A stretch of DNA of 64,000 nt from Lepidodermella squamata. Its lineage: Eukaryota > Animalia > Gastrotricha. Shown piece after piece: positions 52,990 to 64,000 of this stretch (its first letter is position 1; each line of letters starts with the position of its first letter). The stretch spans positions 372,001 through 436,000 of the forward strand of contig JBLDXI010000034.1 of assembly GCA_047495785.1 (NCBI GenBank). The letters are read 5' to 3'. The position numbers and the translations under genes were made by a program. The notes beneath the pieces were generated by a model. That model saw only the letters and a program-made list of their open reading frames with translations, searched no databases and was not told the DNA's origin.

Positions 52990-55900
52990 ATGGAACTAAA
53001 GACGCATCCAACGATGTCGCAGTTCACTGTAGTTGAAACCTTGCGTCATGGCCGCCTACGAAAATCTCTATTGTGCAAACGTAACGGGAGCCCTCAAGAA
53101 CGAGTAGTTATCAAAGAAACCAACTTAACGAATCTTGAGAAAAACTTCAACGGAATTGGTGAACTTCTCCGTGAAAGAGTGAGTTTCAAATGCTCAGAGT
53201 TTTCAAAATTCGATTCATAATAATGAGTTGAAATAAAGTTAAGTTAAATTGAAATTGAGTTAATTTCTAATGTGAGGATCTTTTCGTCTATATATATGCC
53301 TTGATGGTGTTTTCCCAAGGCTACTCAATCAAAACTCGAAGTAGTTGAAATGAGGTTACTTCGAAGACAAGTAAACCTCAACAATTCATTTCATATTTCA
53401 AATTGCAGGATTTGTTGATGGTCGATATCAACCATGCAAACATTGTCAAGGTGTTAGACGCTTTCGAAGGTAACGTTCTACTTCCCTTAGTTCTTAATAA
53501 TAATATTCCAATAATAGAGACATATTCCGGTGAAGATTCTTCTTCTCTCAACTGCAAGATGAGGTATTTGGTGATGGAGTTTTGCGAGGGAGGAAGTTTC
53601 GAAAGCTTGATCGCGACTGAGACTGCACCCATCCCAGAAATTATGCTTCAAATATGGTCGCGCCAACTTGTATCAGCTTTGGCTTACCTTAACGACCGAA
53701 AAATCGTTCGTCGCAACATAACGACAAGCAATGCACTGCTAACAGAAGACCGAGGCCCAGCTAAACTGGCTGATTTGGGAATGGTCGAGAGATTAGACAC
53801 GTATGACTGAAAAGAAGCATTTAATCCTAGATAAATTCGATATTCAAAACAGTGGTTCGCAAATAACCGCTCTAGCTGCATGGTACCCTTCCGCTCCTGA
53901 GATTTTGCAATGTCAACCGAAATCATCTGCAAGTGATGTTTGGTCGTTGGGATTCGCGCTCTTCAAATTAGCCAACTTCCAAGAACCAGTATGACAATGA
54001 ACATGAATGTACGCGATGATTTACTTTTGTTTTATCCTCCCCCAGTTCATCTCAACGGCGGATATTTTAAGGTAAACTCATGAGTTGGATACAGAGGTCT
54101 CAAGCTTAAATCTATGATACTTTAGTAATAAACAGAAACCATTCGACGAGTCACGTGGCTATTCCGTTGAATTCCGGGATTTTGTCATGTCAATGCTTGC
54201 CGTGAATCCTGATGATCGACCGGCCTCAACTCAGCTTAAAGCCAGTAGTTTTCTGTTGAAATCAGCACCCATGCGGTATACAAAGGTATGATTGGTTTCC
54301 ATTTCATCTGAATTGTTGCTGCAGACTTGATTCATCTTTCCTTCTATACTTCAGCCAGAACATACGTTAGCTGAACCCAACCAAGTGGCTGTTAAGGTAG
54401 CTGCGGATTATTCGACAATTGATTCAGGCTTTAGTAATTTAAATTGCCAGGAGTTATTTGACTGCGTAATGAAGCGAAAAGATGTGTTGAAATTGGTGCA
54501 GCTACTCTCTAACAGTGATCTCGGTCTTAGCCCGGACTGCAAAGACGATGATGGATTGCCTCTGTTGTACCATGCAGCTGGGAAAGGCTACAACGACATT
54601 GTGGAAACTCTGGTCAGGCAATTTGAGGCAAACATTGAAGTTCGTAATGCTAAAGGTTCAACACCACTGCTGATTGCCGCCTTCAATGGCCACATCGAGG
54701 TTGTGAAGATGTTGGCTGGCGAGTTCAAGGCGAACGTGGAATCGGCGCTCGAAGTTGGGGCCACGCCACTGTTTGTCGCCGCCCAGAATGGCCATGCAGA
54801 GGTTGTGAAGTGTCTGGCTGGCGAGTTCAAGGCGAACGTGGAATCGGCGCTCGAAGATGGCACGACACCACTGTATGTCGCCGCCCAGAATGGCCACGTC
54901 GAGGTTGTGAAGATGTTGGCTGGCAAGTTCAAGGCGAACGTGGAATCGGCGCTCGAAGATGGGGCCACGCCACTGTATGTCGCCGCCCGGAATGGCCACG
55001 TCGAGGTTGTGAAGATGTTGGCTGGCGAGTTCAAGGCGAACGTGGAATCGGCGCTCGAAGATGGGGCCACGCCACTGTTTGTCGCCGCCGAGAATGGCCA
55101 CGTCGAGGTTGTGAATATGTTGGCTGGCGAGATCAAGGCGAACGTGGAATCGGCGCTCGAAGATGGGGCCACGCCACTGTTTGTCGCCGCCGAGAATGGC
55201 CACGTCGAGGTTGTGAATATGTTGGCTGGCGAGTTCAAGGCGAACGTGGAATCAGCGAATAAATATGGGGCCACGCCACTGTATGTCGCCGCCCGGAATG
55301 GCCACATCGAGGTTGTGAGGATGTTGGCTGGCGAGTTCAAGGCACACGTGGAATCGGCGCTCGAAGATGGCACCAGACCATTGTGTACCGCTGCTCTGAA
55401 TGGCCACGCCAAGGTGGTGACAATGTTGGCTGGCGAGTTCAATGCCGACGTGAATTCTGCAGATAAAGATGGCTTTACGCCACTGTATGTCGCCGCCCAG
55501 AATAGCCACATCGAGGTTGCGAGGATGTTGGCTGGCGAGTTCAAGGCGAACGTGGAATCGCCGAAAAATAATGGGGCCACGCCACTGTTTGTCGCCGCCC
55601 AGAATGGGCACAAAGATGTTGTGAAAATGTTGGCTGGCGAGTTCAAGGCGAACGTGGAATCGGCGCTTAAAGATGGCACGACACCATTGTGGATCGCCGC
55701 CCAGAATGGCCACATCGGGGTTGTGAAGATGTTGGCTGGCGAGTTCAAGGCGAACGTGGAATCGGCGCTCGAAGATGGGGTAACGCCGCTGTTTGTCGCT
55801 GCCTTCAATGGCCACATCGAGGTTGCGAGGATGTTGTCTGGCGGGTTCAAGGCGAACGTAGAATCAGCGAATAAAAATGGGGCCACGCCACTGTATGTCG

Positions 55901-58122
55901 CCGCCCGGAATGGCCACATCGAGGTTGCGAGGATGTTGGCTGGCGAGTTCAAGGCGAACGTGGAATCAGCGAATAAAAATGGGGCCACGCCACTGTATGT
56001 CGCCGCCGAGAATGGCCACATCGAGGTTGCGAGGATGTTGGCTGGCGAGTTCAAGGCGAACGTGGAATCGCCGAAAAATAATGGGGCCACGCCACTGTTT
56101 GTCGCCGCCCAGAATGGGCACGCCGAGGTTGTGAAGATGTTGGCTAGCGAGTTCAAGGCACACGTGGAATCGGCGCTTAAAGATGGCACGACACCATTGT
56201 GGATCACCGCCCAGAATGGCCACGCCAAGGTGGTGAGGATGTTGGCTGGCGAGTTCAAGGCACACGTGGAATCGGCGCTCGAAGATGGCACCAGACCATT
56301 GTGTACCGCTGCTCTGAATGGCCACGCCAAGGTGGTGACAATGTTGGCTGGCGAGTTCAATGCCGACGTGAATTCTGCAGATAAAGATGGCTTTACGCCA
56401 CTGTATGTCGCCGCCCAGAATGGCCACATCGAGGTTGCGAGGATGTTGGCTGGCGAGTTCAAGGCGAACGTGGAATCGCCGAAAAATAATGGGGCCACGC
56501 CACTGTTTGTCGCCGCCCAGAATGGGCACAAAGATGTTGTGAAAATGTTGGCTGGCGAGTTCAAGGCGAACGTGGAATCGGCGCTTAAAGATGGCACGAC
56601 ACCATTGTGGATCGCCGCCCAGAATGGCCACATCGGGGTTGTGAAGATGTTGGCTGGCGAGTTCAAGGCGAACGTGGAATCGGCGCTCGAAGATGGGGTA
56701 ACGCCGCTGTTTGTCGCTGCCTTCAATGGCCACATCGAGGTTGCGAGGATGTTGTCTGGCGGGTTCAAGGCGAACGTAGAATCAGCGAATAAAAATGGGG
56801 CCACGCCACTGTATGTCGCCGCCCGGAATGGCCACATCGAGGTTGCGAGGATGTTGGCTGGCGAGTTCAAGGCGAACGTGGAATCAGCGAATAAAAATGG
56901 GGCCACGCCACTGTATGTCGCCGCCGAGAATGGCCACATCGAGGTTGCGAGGATGTTGGCTGGCGAGTTCAAGGCGAACGTGGAATCGCCGAAAAATAAT
57001 GGGGCCACGCCACTGTTTGTCGCCGCCCAGAATGGGCACGCCGAGGTTGTGAAGATGTTGGCTAGCGAGTTCAAGGCACACGTGGAATCGGCGCTTAAAG
57101 ATGGCACGACACCATTGTGGATCACCGCCCAGAATGGCCACGCCAAGGTGGTGAGGATGTTGGCTGGCGAGTTCAATGCCGGCGTGAATTCTGCAGATAA
57201 AGATGGCTTTACGCCACTGTTTGTCGCCGCCGAGAATGGCCACATCGAGGTGGTGAAGATTCTGGCTGGCGAGTTCAAGGCCGACGTGGAATCGCCGAAA
57301 AATAATGGGGCCACGCCACTGTATGTTGCCGCCCAGAATGGCCACATCGAGGTTGCGAGGATGTTGGCTGGCGAGTTCAAGGCGAACGTAGAATCAGCGA
57401 ATAAAAATGGGGCCACGCCACTGTATGTTGCCGCCCAAAATGGCCACATCGAGGTTGCGAGGATGTTGGCTGGCGGGTTCAAGGCGAACGTGGAATCGGC
57501 GCTCGAAGATGGGGTAACGCCGCTGTTTGTCGCTGCCTTCAATGGCCACATCGAGGTTGCGAGGATGTTGGCTGGCGGGTTCAAGGCGAACGTAGAATCA
57601 GCGAATAAAAATGGGGCCACGCCACTGTATGTTGCCGCCCAAAATGGCCACATCGAGGTTGCGAGGATGTTGGCTGGCGAGTTCAAGGCGAACGTGGAAT
57701 CAGCGAATAAAAATGGGGCCACGCCACTGTTTGTCGCCGCCGAGAATGGCCACATCGAGGTTGCGAGGATGTTGGCTGGCGAGTTCAAGGCGAACGTGGA
57801 ATCAGCGAATAAAAATGGGGCCACGCCACTGTATGTCGCCGCCGAGAAGGGCAACCTCGAGGTGATTGAGGCACTAGCTGGCCAATTCAGCGCCAAAGTA
57901 AATGCTGCTCGTAATGATGGTAGGACCCCGTTGATGGTCGCTGCATATAATGGCCATCACTATGTTGCTGAAGTTCTCCTTACGAAATTCCAAGCAAACA
58001 TCGACGCCGTAGATCGCCGTAATAAGACAGCCTTTCATTGGGCCACGAACTGCGATGATAGTGTTTCTGCTGATGACAAGCGCAAGACTATCGAAATACT
58101 TGAGCGGCCAAAATTAAAATAG
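52990..58122 (+). CDS. Pseudokinase-ankyrin gene, copy C (about 35 ankyrin repeats)
   Basis: Exons approx. 52990-53178, 53409-53469, 53518-53800, 53853-53988, 54046-54071, 54126-54285, 54355-54396 and 54451-58122 are phase-compatible. Motifs RRNITTSN, KLADLG, APE, SDVWSLG; 34-aa repeats follow. Confidence 0.92.
54660..57900 (+). repeat. 102-bp coding tandem repeat (ankyrin units) with a 918-bp higher-order duplication
   Basis: Repeats 9-17 recur as repeats 18-26. Identical off-frame ORFs at 55689/56607 and 55877/56795 are each 918 bp apart. Confidence 0.97.
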
Positions 58123-59680
58123 CTCGCTGTCAAACATTTACCTAGACACAATGACCCAATAATTTATCGATAAACAAAGGTGAAACTATATAAAAACTCT
58201 TGCGCTGGTAAATTGTTGTAGCCCAGGGCTAAACTCTATTCAAGAATATGTTGACTAAAACGTCCCTCAATAAAAACGAAGATGGAAGTATCATTTTCTT
58301 TTGCGTATTATCGAATTATAGATGGATAAGAGTCGAAGCGTCTATCTCACTCATCGCATTAGTAATTCATTTTATTAGCTGAAGCAAGAACATTATCCGA
58401 GTGCCGAACAACAATGGCAAACACGCAGCCATCGAATGGGACAAAGAAGCAAGTTACAACTGCGACGAAAGCAGCTGCAACTAATTCAAGAACCACTACC
58501 GGACGGGTTGAATTATTTAGGCAATTGGCTTGCAATTATGTGAATTGGGTGGCAATGGTTTGGCAGGAATAAAAACTGTGTACTAAAATGGGATAGTTTG
58601 CTAGTGTTTCACCTAGGGAATAACAGGTAAACAATCATTGTGGAACCACTCGAAAGTCAAATTTCATGCGCACGCTGATTGGTCAGCCGATCGTTGCTAT
58701 GACTCCCGGAGGAAGCATTCAGTCGTGCGATCCATGAGATATTTTGCAACACGTGATTTCAGCCACAGTAATTTACTACGATTTAAATGGAGTTTGCGCT
58801 CGTGGTTAATGGAATACGTGCAGAATGTGTGGCAAGATCATTTTTACATGAAAATAAACTCTAACTCTAAGCTAAACTCTACACGTGCAGACGTCGAAGC
58901 GTCTATCTCACTCATCGCATTAGTAATTCATTTTATTAGCTGAAGCAATGGGATGTCCCTCAATAAAATTGCGTATTTTGCATTATCCGAGTGCGACGAA
59001 TCGCGACGAATTCTTTCAACCTTCGATTAAATATTTAATCACCTTAATTATGATTAAATATTTAATTTAATTTAATAAAAATTATTTTATTTTCATCCGC
59101 ACGGCAGAAATGTAGCCATAGCGAAATTGACAGGGTAGACTTGATCTAAAATCGGTTTGTCGAAAACTAGGTTAAATCGACTTACCCGGCCAACGGTGAG
59201 CTGGTACAACGGGAGTTGAGTCAACATGCTCATCAAGACCCAGCGGATCGTCTCGTGCTAAAAAATGGGCGGAAAATCCTCAAATTCGAAAGAAATCCGG
59301 AATAGGGGGTCGGCCCAAGCCTGGTGCATTTTTTTAAAAGAATTCTTTCAAAATTGAGCCAACAAGTACCTTAATTAATGGTTGGAAATTTCGACTTCTA
59401 GGAGACTCCGAAGCAGGGTTGGACGGTGTAAAAACATCATGTAAAAACGTGTTAAAACATGCAAAATCGAAAAAAATTGGAAAATGTAAATACCTGTAAA
59501 ATCCTCGGCCTGCCACGTGCTGTAGCAGGCCAAATACGAATGATTGTTCAGCTTCTAAGCTCCATCCCTGCCTCAAAGGTGCTGAACAATACTCCTTAAA
59601 AAAACAGCCCCCCCCCCCCCACAATTTTTGACAGTGAAGATATCAATTTAATGTACTTAGTTTCCACCGCTAGATGGTTG

Positions 59681-60460
59681 CCATGTTTCAAAACCTCCAA
59701 TAATTTTTCTTCAAACATACCGAACAAACTACTGATTTTTAAACAATTAAAAACGAAAAAATCGCTTCTTCGGTTACGCAATTGCGCAACTACCTTGACC
59801 TAACGGCGTAAGGTCACCGGAGCCGGTCGCCACCACCGCGCGCTCTCGCGCGCGCACACGACCACACACGCGTAATCATCGGCGCTCATTATAACCGCGC
59901 GCACACTGTGGCTGCGCCACTGCGCCATTCTTTTTGTTTATTGCCGTTAAAATCTTTTTATGAATTACCAGCTGCCTCCCTCCCCCGGGGGAGGGAGGCT
60001 TCAATTATCTTTCTTAAAAAACATGACATTTATTTCCGGTTTGGAGGGTGGGGGAAATAAAAACCAGCCGACCTTATTTCATCAATAACTTCACCAAAAA
60101 TAATCCGAATTTGAAAATTTTTGCGGCAACCGGCAGCTGGTGCCCCGTTTTTCTAGATGGTTGCGCACCAACGGTCCCACAGGGACGGAGTCCCCATAAG
60201 CAATAGAGTACGGCGCATCAGCCACTGCTGATGCGGATGAGGTTATAGGCCGATTCGCGGAAACTCCTAGGGAAACTCCTGTGATAGCTGTAAAATTCAA
60301 AAAAATACCAAAAAATCGGCCATGTTTCAAAACCTCCAATAATTTTTCTTCAAACATACCGAACAAACAACTGATTTTTAAACAATTAAAAACGAAAAAA
60401 TCGCTCTTCCGGTTACGCAATTGCGCAATTGCCTAACTACCTTGACCTAACGGCGCAAGT
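59681..60460 (+). repeat. About 135-bp direct repeat (59681-59815 and 60320-60460) in a probable non-autonomous TE region with GC hairpins
   Basis: Near-identical segments ending CCTTGACCTAACGGCG(T/C)AAG(G/T)TCA. Palindrome GCCTCCCTCCCCC/GGGGGAGGGAGGC at about 59974 and 60557. Confidence 0.7.
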
Positions 60461-60708
60461 TCATGCGAACGGCAACTAGACGGTTATGAGATATTACGCT
60501 ACGCGCACTAGGGGACAACTAAACGTGAAGACGCCGAGTAATGCTTATTTAGCGGTTGCCTCCCTCCCCCGGGGGGAGGGAGGCTTCAAGTATACTCACC
60601 AGCTAAAGATGTGGCGCCAAATTCTTCACAAAAAAGTCTTTCAATCCAGAAATATACAGTGGACTATTGAGAAGATAAAGAAGCAGTTTATTGTTAGCGT
60701 CAAATTTA

Positions 60709-61621
60709 AAAGTGATCTGTCGAAAGACCACTTTTTCGAAAATTTAGTAAAAATTTATTTTCAATCGGTTTAAAATGTATTTGGTGCCATTAGATAGAGC
60801 GCAAAATTCTCTACAAGCGTACTGCAACAGTTAAATATCGACTCTATCCAGCTTGGAGCGCGCAGGAAAAAACCTTGTTACACAGCTATTAAAAATACGC
60901 AAAGTACTTGTGTGTGCGCATGCAAGAGAATAGTCATACTTGTAAAATTTTTCCTCATTTACAACAAACGCAAATACCGTCAACAAATATGCCAGTGGAA
61001 CGAGCGCAGAAAACTGCAAATGCCAATTTTGATATCACAATCAAGTCATTAGCCGTTAGAAAGTCATCAAGGTAAACGCATGTTAGTCGCTTGATAAATG
61101 CCTAAAGTGGTCTGTCAAAAGACCACTTTTTCGAAAATTTAGTAAAAATTTATTTTCAATCGGTTTAAAATGTATTTGGTGCCATTAGATAGAGCGCAAA
61201 ATTCTCTACAAGCGTACTGCAACAGTTAAATATCGACTCTATCCAGCTTGGAGCGCGCAGGAAAAAACCTTGTTACACAGCTATTAAAAATACGCAAAGT
61301 ACTTGTGTGTGCGCATGCAAGAGAATAGTCATACTTGTAAAATTTTTCCTCATTTACAACAAACGCAAATACCGTCAACAAATATGCCAGTGGAACGAGC
61401 GCAGAAAACTGCAAATGCCAATTTTGATATCACAATCAAGTCATTAGCCGTTAGAAAGTCATCAAGGTAAACGCATGTTAGTCGCTTGATAAATGCCTAA
61501 AGTGGTCTGTCAAAAGACCACTTTTTCGAAAATTTAGTAAAAATTTATTTTCAATCGGTTTAAAATGTATTTGGTGCCATTAGATAGAGCGCAAAATTCT
61601 CTACAAGCGTACTGCAACAGT
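60709..61621 (+). repeat. 395-bp tandem repeat, about 2.3 copies
   Basis: Units start at about 60711, 61106 and 61501. Identical ORFs at 60831 and 61226. Confidence 0.95.
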
Positions 61622-61980
61622 CTGACCGTCATCGCTTCACTAGCAATCGCAATTCGCAATTATCCCGGAGAAAATCTGTTCAACCGGGTAAAATACCGAA
61701 AATTACGGAACCAGTTACCATCGGGATTTCCGGGTTTTCCTCGGTAAATTATTTAGAAAATGTTTAATTTAAAATGAAATAAATTTATTTAAAAAATTTG
61801 CCAGTTTAAAAAAATTGGATGGGCAACTTCTGGGACTCGCTGCCATAATTTACGACTGAAATTAGGATCGAAGTGCTGAAATGTCGATAAAACCTCAATG
61901 TAATCTTGATTTTCGGTCACCTAAAATGCTTTTGTTAATTTTTATGTTAATTTAACAATTTTAAGCGACAATAAATGCAA
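61622..61980 (-). repeat. Inverted duplicate of 62885-63243
   Basis: Reverse complement matches by eye across about 359 bp. Confidence 0.93.
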
Positions 61981-62904
61981 GTTGGGACATTGCTCGATAA
62001 TTTCTCCATTGATAAAAGTTCCGAAAAAAATCGAGATAAAATATCTGATTTACTAACAAAAACCAGCGAAATTTTACTCGAAAATACGCGAAAAATTGAA
62101 AAAGGCCAGGAATATTTTGAAAAATTCATCGAAAATACAGTCGACTTGTGCCGTGATGAAATGTTGAAAATCGTCATCAAAAATGACCAAAGGGTGAAAG
62201 TAGAATTTTATTGTGAATTTTTCAAATTTTTTGCAAAATTATCCGAAATTTTGTATCACCGTGAAAATTTTCACGTCGACTTGAAGAAGGCTAAAGCTTT
62301 AATTGATGATTTTAATTCTAAAATTGCTAAATTCCCCGAAAAACTGACTTGGATGTCTGGTGAAGATCGCGAAGATTTTGCGGAAATTTTCAGATTTTTC
62401 AAGAAATTTTCCGAAAATTCCCTCGATTTTCTATCGAGTTATCGCGACTACGGCGAGAGCGATGTTCTCGGTTCGAGAATTGCAATTTACGAACAGCTCA
62501 AGACCCCAGGCAAGAAGGTTGTCTCGATTTTATTGAAGTGGAAATTGCGTGATAAAGCCAACGATTTGCGAACGAAATCGCCGCAGGAGAACGAGCAGAT
62601 TCTGCGCTATTGTCTGTATCTAGGTCAAGAATTTTACGGCCTCGTTTTCGCTGGGTTGACGTCGCAAATTGACAGCAAATCACGGCCAGAGTTGGTTGAA
62701 TGGCTGCTGGAGGCTAAAACGGCGACGGCTAAATTTTTGGCACTTCAACGCGAATCAGGCGGCGGTTTGACGGCGAGTGATCAGGAAATAGCGGCATTTC
62801 AGGCCGAATTGGATGCGATTGTTGACTCGGTTTTAAATGTTGTGAATCATTTCGACATTGCTCAGCTCGCTTTCAAGCGTTTTATTGCATTTATTGTCGC
62901 TTAA
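61975..62904 (+). CDS. 5'-truncated paralog of 49224-50606, with its ATG supplied by the inverted duplicate
   Basis: 309-aa open frame highly similar to residues from VGTLLDNF onward. Confidence 0.6.
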   Translation: MQVGTLLDNFSIDKSSEKNRDKISDLLTKTSEILLENTRKIEKGQEYFEKFIENTVDLCRDEMLKIVIKNDQRVKVEFYCEFFKFFAKLSEILYHRENFHVDLKKAKALIDDFNSKIAKFPEKLTWMSGEDREDFAEIFRFFKKFSENSLDFLSSYRDYGESDVLGSRIAIYEQLKTPGKKVVSILLKWKLRDKANDLRTKSPQENEQILRYCLYLGQEFYGLVFAGLTSQIDSKSRPELVEWLLEAKTATAKFLALQRESGGGLTASDQEIAAFQAELDAIVDSVLNVVNHFDIAQLAFKRFIAFIVA

Positions 62905-63207
62905 AATTGTTAAATTAACATAAAAATTAACAAAAGCATTTTAGGTGACCGAAAATCAAGATTACATTGAGGTTTTATCGACATTTCAGCACTTCGATCC
63001 TAATTTCAGTCGTAAATTATGGCAGCGAGTCCCAGAAGTTGCCCATCCAATTTTTTTAAACTGGCAAATTTTTTAAATAAATTTATTTCATTTTAAATTA
63101 AACATTTTCTAAATAATTTACCGAGGAAAACCCGGAAATCCCGATGGTAACTGGTTCCGTAATTTTCGGTATTTTACCCGGTTGAACAGATTTTCTCCGG
63201 GATAATT

Positions 63208-63492
63208 GCGAATTGCGATTGCTAGTGAAGCGATGACGGTCAGCGAGCAAGCTGAGAAGGTTGGTGAGGTTCTAGGTGAGGAGATTGTGTACCAGCCTGT
63301 GCCAATCGCTGTTTTCCGGACCTTCCCGTTTCCTGGCGCGGGGTAATTGGCGAGCATGTTCCAGCTTTGCCAGGATTTCACAGAGAAATTGAATGCTAGC
63401 CGCGATTTCGAAGCTACAAAGAAGCTGAACCCGAAACTCATGAACTTTGATCAGTTTCTCGCGAAATACGGCTAGCTTATCAAAGCTCTTTA
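63208..63492 (+). pseudogene. NmrA-like 3' pseudogene fragment
   Basis: RIAIASEAMTVSEQAEKVGEVLGEE... with internal TAA and TAG; the 5' two-thirds are deleted. Confidence 0.88.
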
Positions 63493-63723
63493 AAGATCGC
63501 GGGAATAAATTGGAAAATTGACTTTTCTTTCGACACTACGGTTCGGATTTAGGGAAGCTCCTTGAATAACCTGGGAATATTTTGAGAAAAATGACTCCAT
63601 CGTAGACTTCATAATATTTGATGATTTCTAATGATATTTCTGAGTTCACGAATAGCTTGAAACAATTCTTTGCGATTTCGATAACCAAAGCCCTGAAATT
63701 ACTCATGCCTAGTGCACTTCACT

Positions 63724-64000
63724 CATAGAGATAGAAGATAACGTCGTTGGTGCGGCTAAAACTCCTATGTCCATCAAAAATCGAAATCGGGCTTTTCCAG
63801 TTCCTGACTCAGTTTTTCACGCTGGTCAATAATATGAAAACCGCATTTCAAAATTCGCCAGGAATCAAAAGTCCTATCTACACATTCGTGGATTATTTTC
63901 CAGGTCATTCTTTTTCCATCTCCATAGCACGAGTTCGAATAGGGCACAAAAAGTGCTATGTGCATCACACAAATTATTCGATCACGACAAAAAATGGCGA
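63724..64000. mobile_element. Probable left end of a hAT-like element running off the window
   Basis: CATAGAGATAGAAGATA resembles the CATAGA termini at 9232, 46565 and 46688. Confidence 0.35.

Noticed and set aside
53801-53830. Ultra-short or non-canonical intron in the kinase gene
   Set aside because: A canonical acceptor at 53852 restores the frame and is conserved in the paralogs.
54588-57896. 1102-aa antisense ORF and many off-frame ORFs over the ankyrin arrays
   Set aside because: Shadows of a stop-free 102-bp coding repeat; no independent protein features.
54660-57900. CRISPR-like or satellite interpretation of the regular repeats
   Set aside because: The units are contiguous, in-frame ankyrin codons without unique spacers, in a eukaryotic context with no cas genes.
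60831-61414. Two identical 62-aa ORFs
   Set aside because: By-products of the 395-bp tandem repeat.

Overview
AT-rich eukaryotic, probably invertebrate, genomic DNA with short (about 45-60 nt) GT-AG introns and very dense transposon content. The organism cannot be named from the sequence. (1) A segmentally duplicated cassette in which an NmrA/HSCARG-like gene lies just upstream of, and co-oriented with, a spliced gene encoding a NEK-like pseudokinase (HRD replaced by HRN/RRN) fused to a single-exon ankyrin array. There are three near-complete cassettes (27.5-32.8 kb minus, 39.1-43.9 kb minus, 51.4-58.1 kb plus) plus remnants at 1-555, 37.8-38.2 kb, 48 kb and 63.2 kb. The arrays hold about 6(+2), 12 and 35 repeats, with variation concentrated at predicted ligand-binding positions. 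(2) Between two tail-to-tail ankyrin genes lies a multi-exon RAG1/Transib-like transposase gene (6324-23174) with all RAG1-core motifs recognisable. It is split by a 13-kb CACTA-type element holding nested Sola-like, hAT, piggyBac-like, MULE, RTE and Harbinger-like insertions. Upstream are a divergent Rad21/Rec8-type kleisin, an orphan gene and a small zinc-finger gene with a LINE in its intron. The window also has a C-type lectin gene, a Penelope fragment, several MITEs with clear TIRs and TSDs, a duplicated helical orphan gene, an inverted duplication and a 395-bp tandem repeat. All exon models and family assignments were made by eye; no database search was run.
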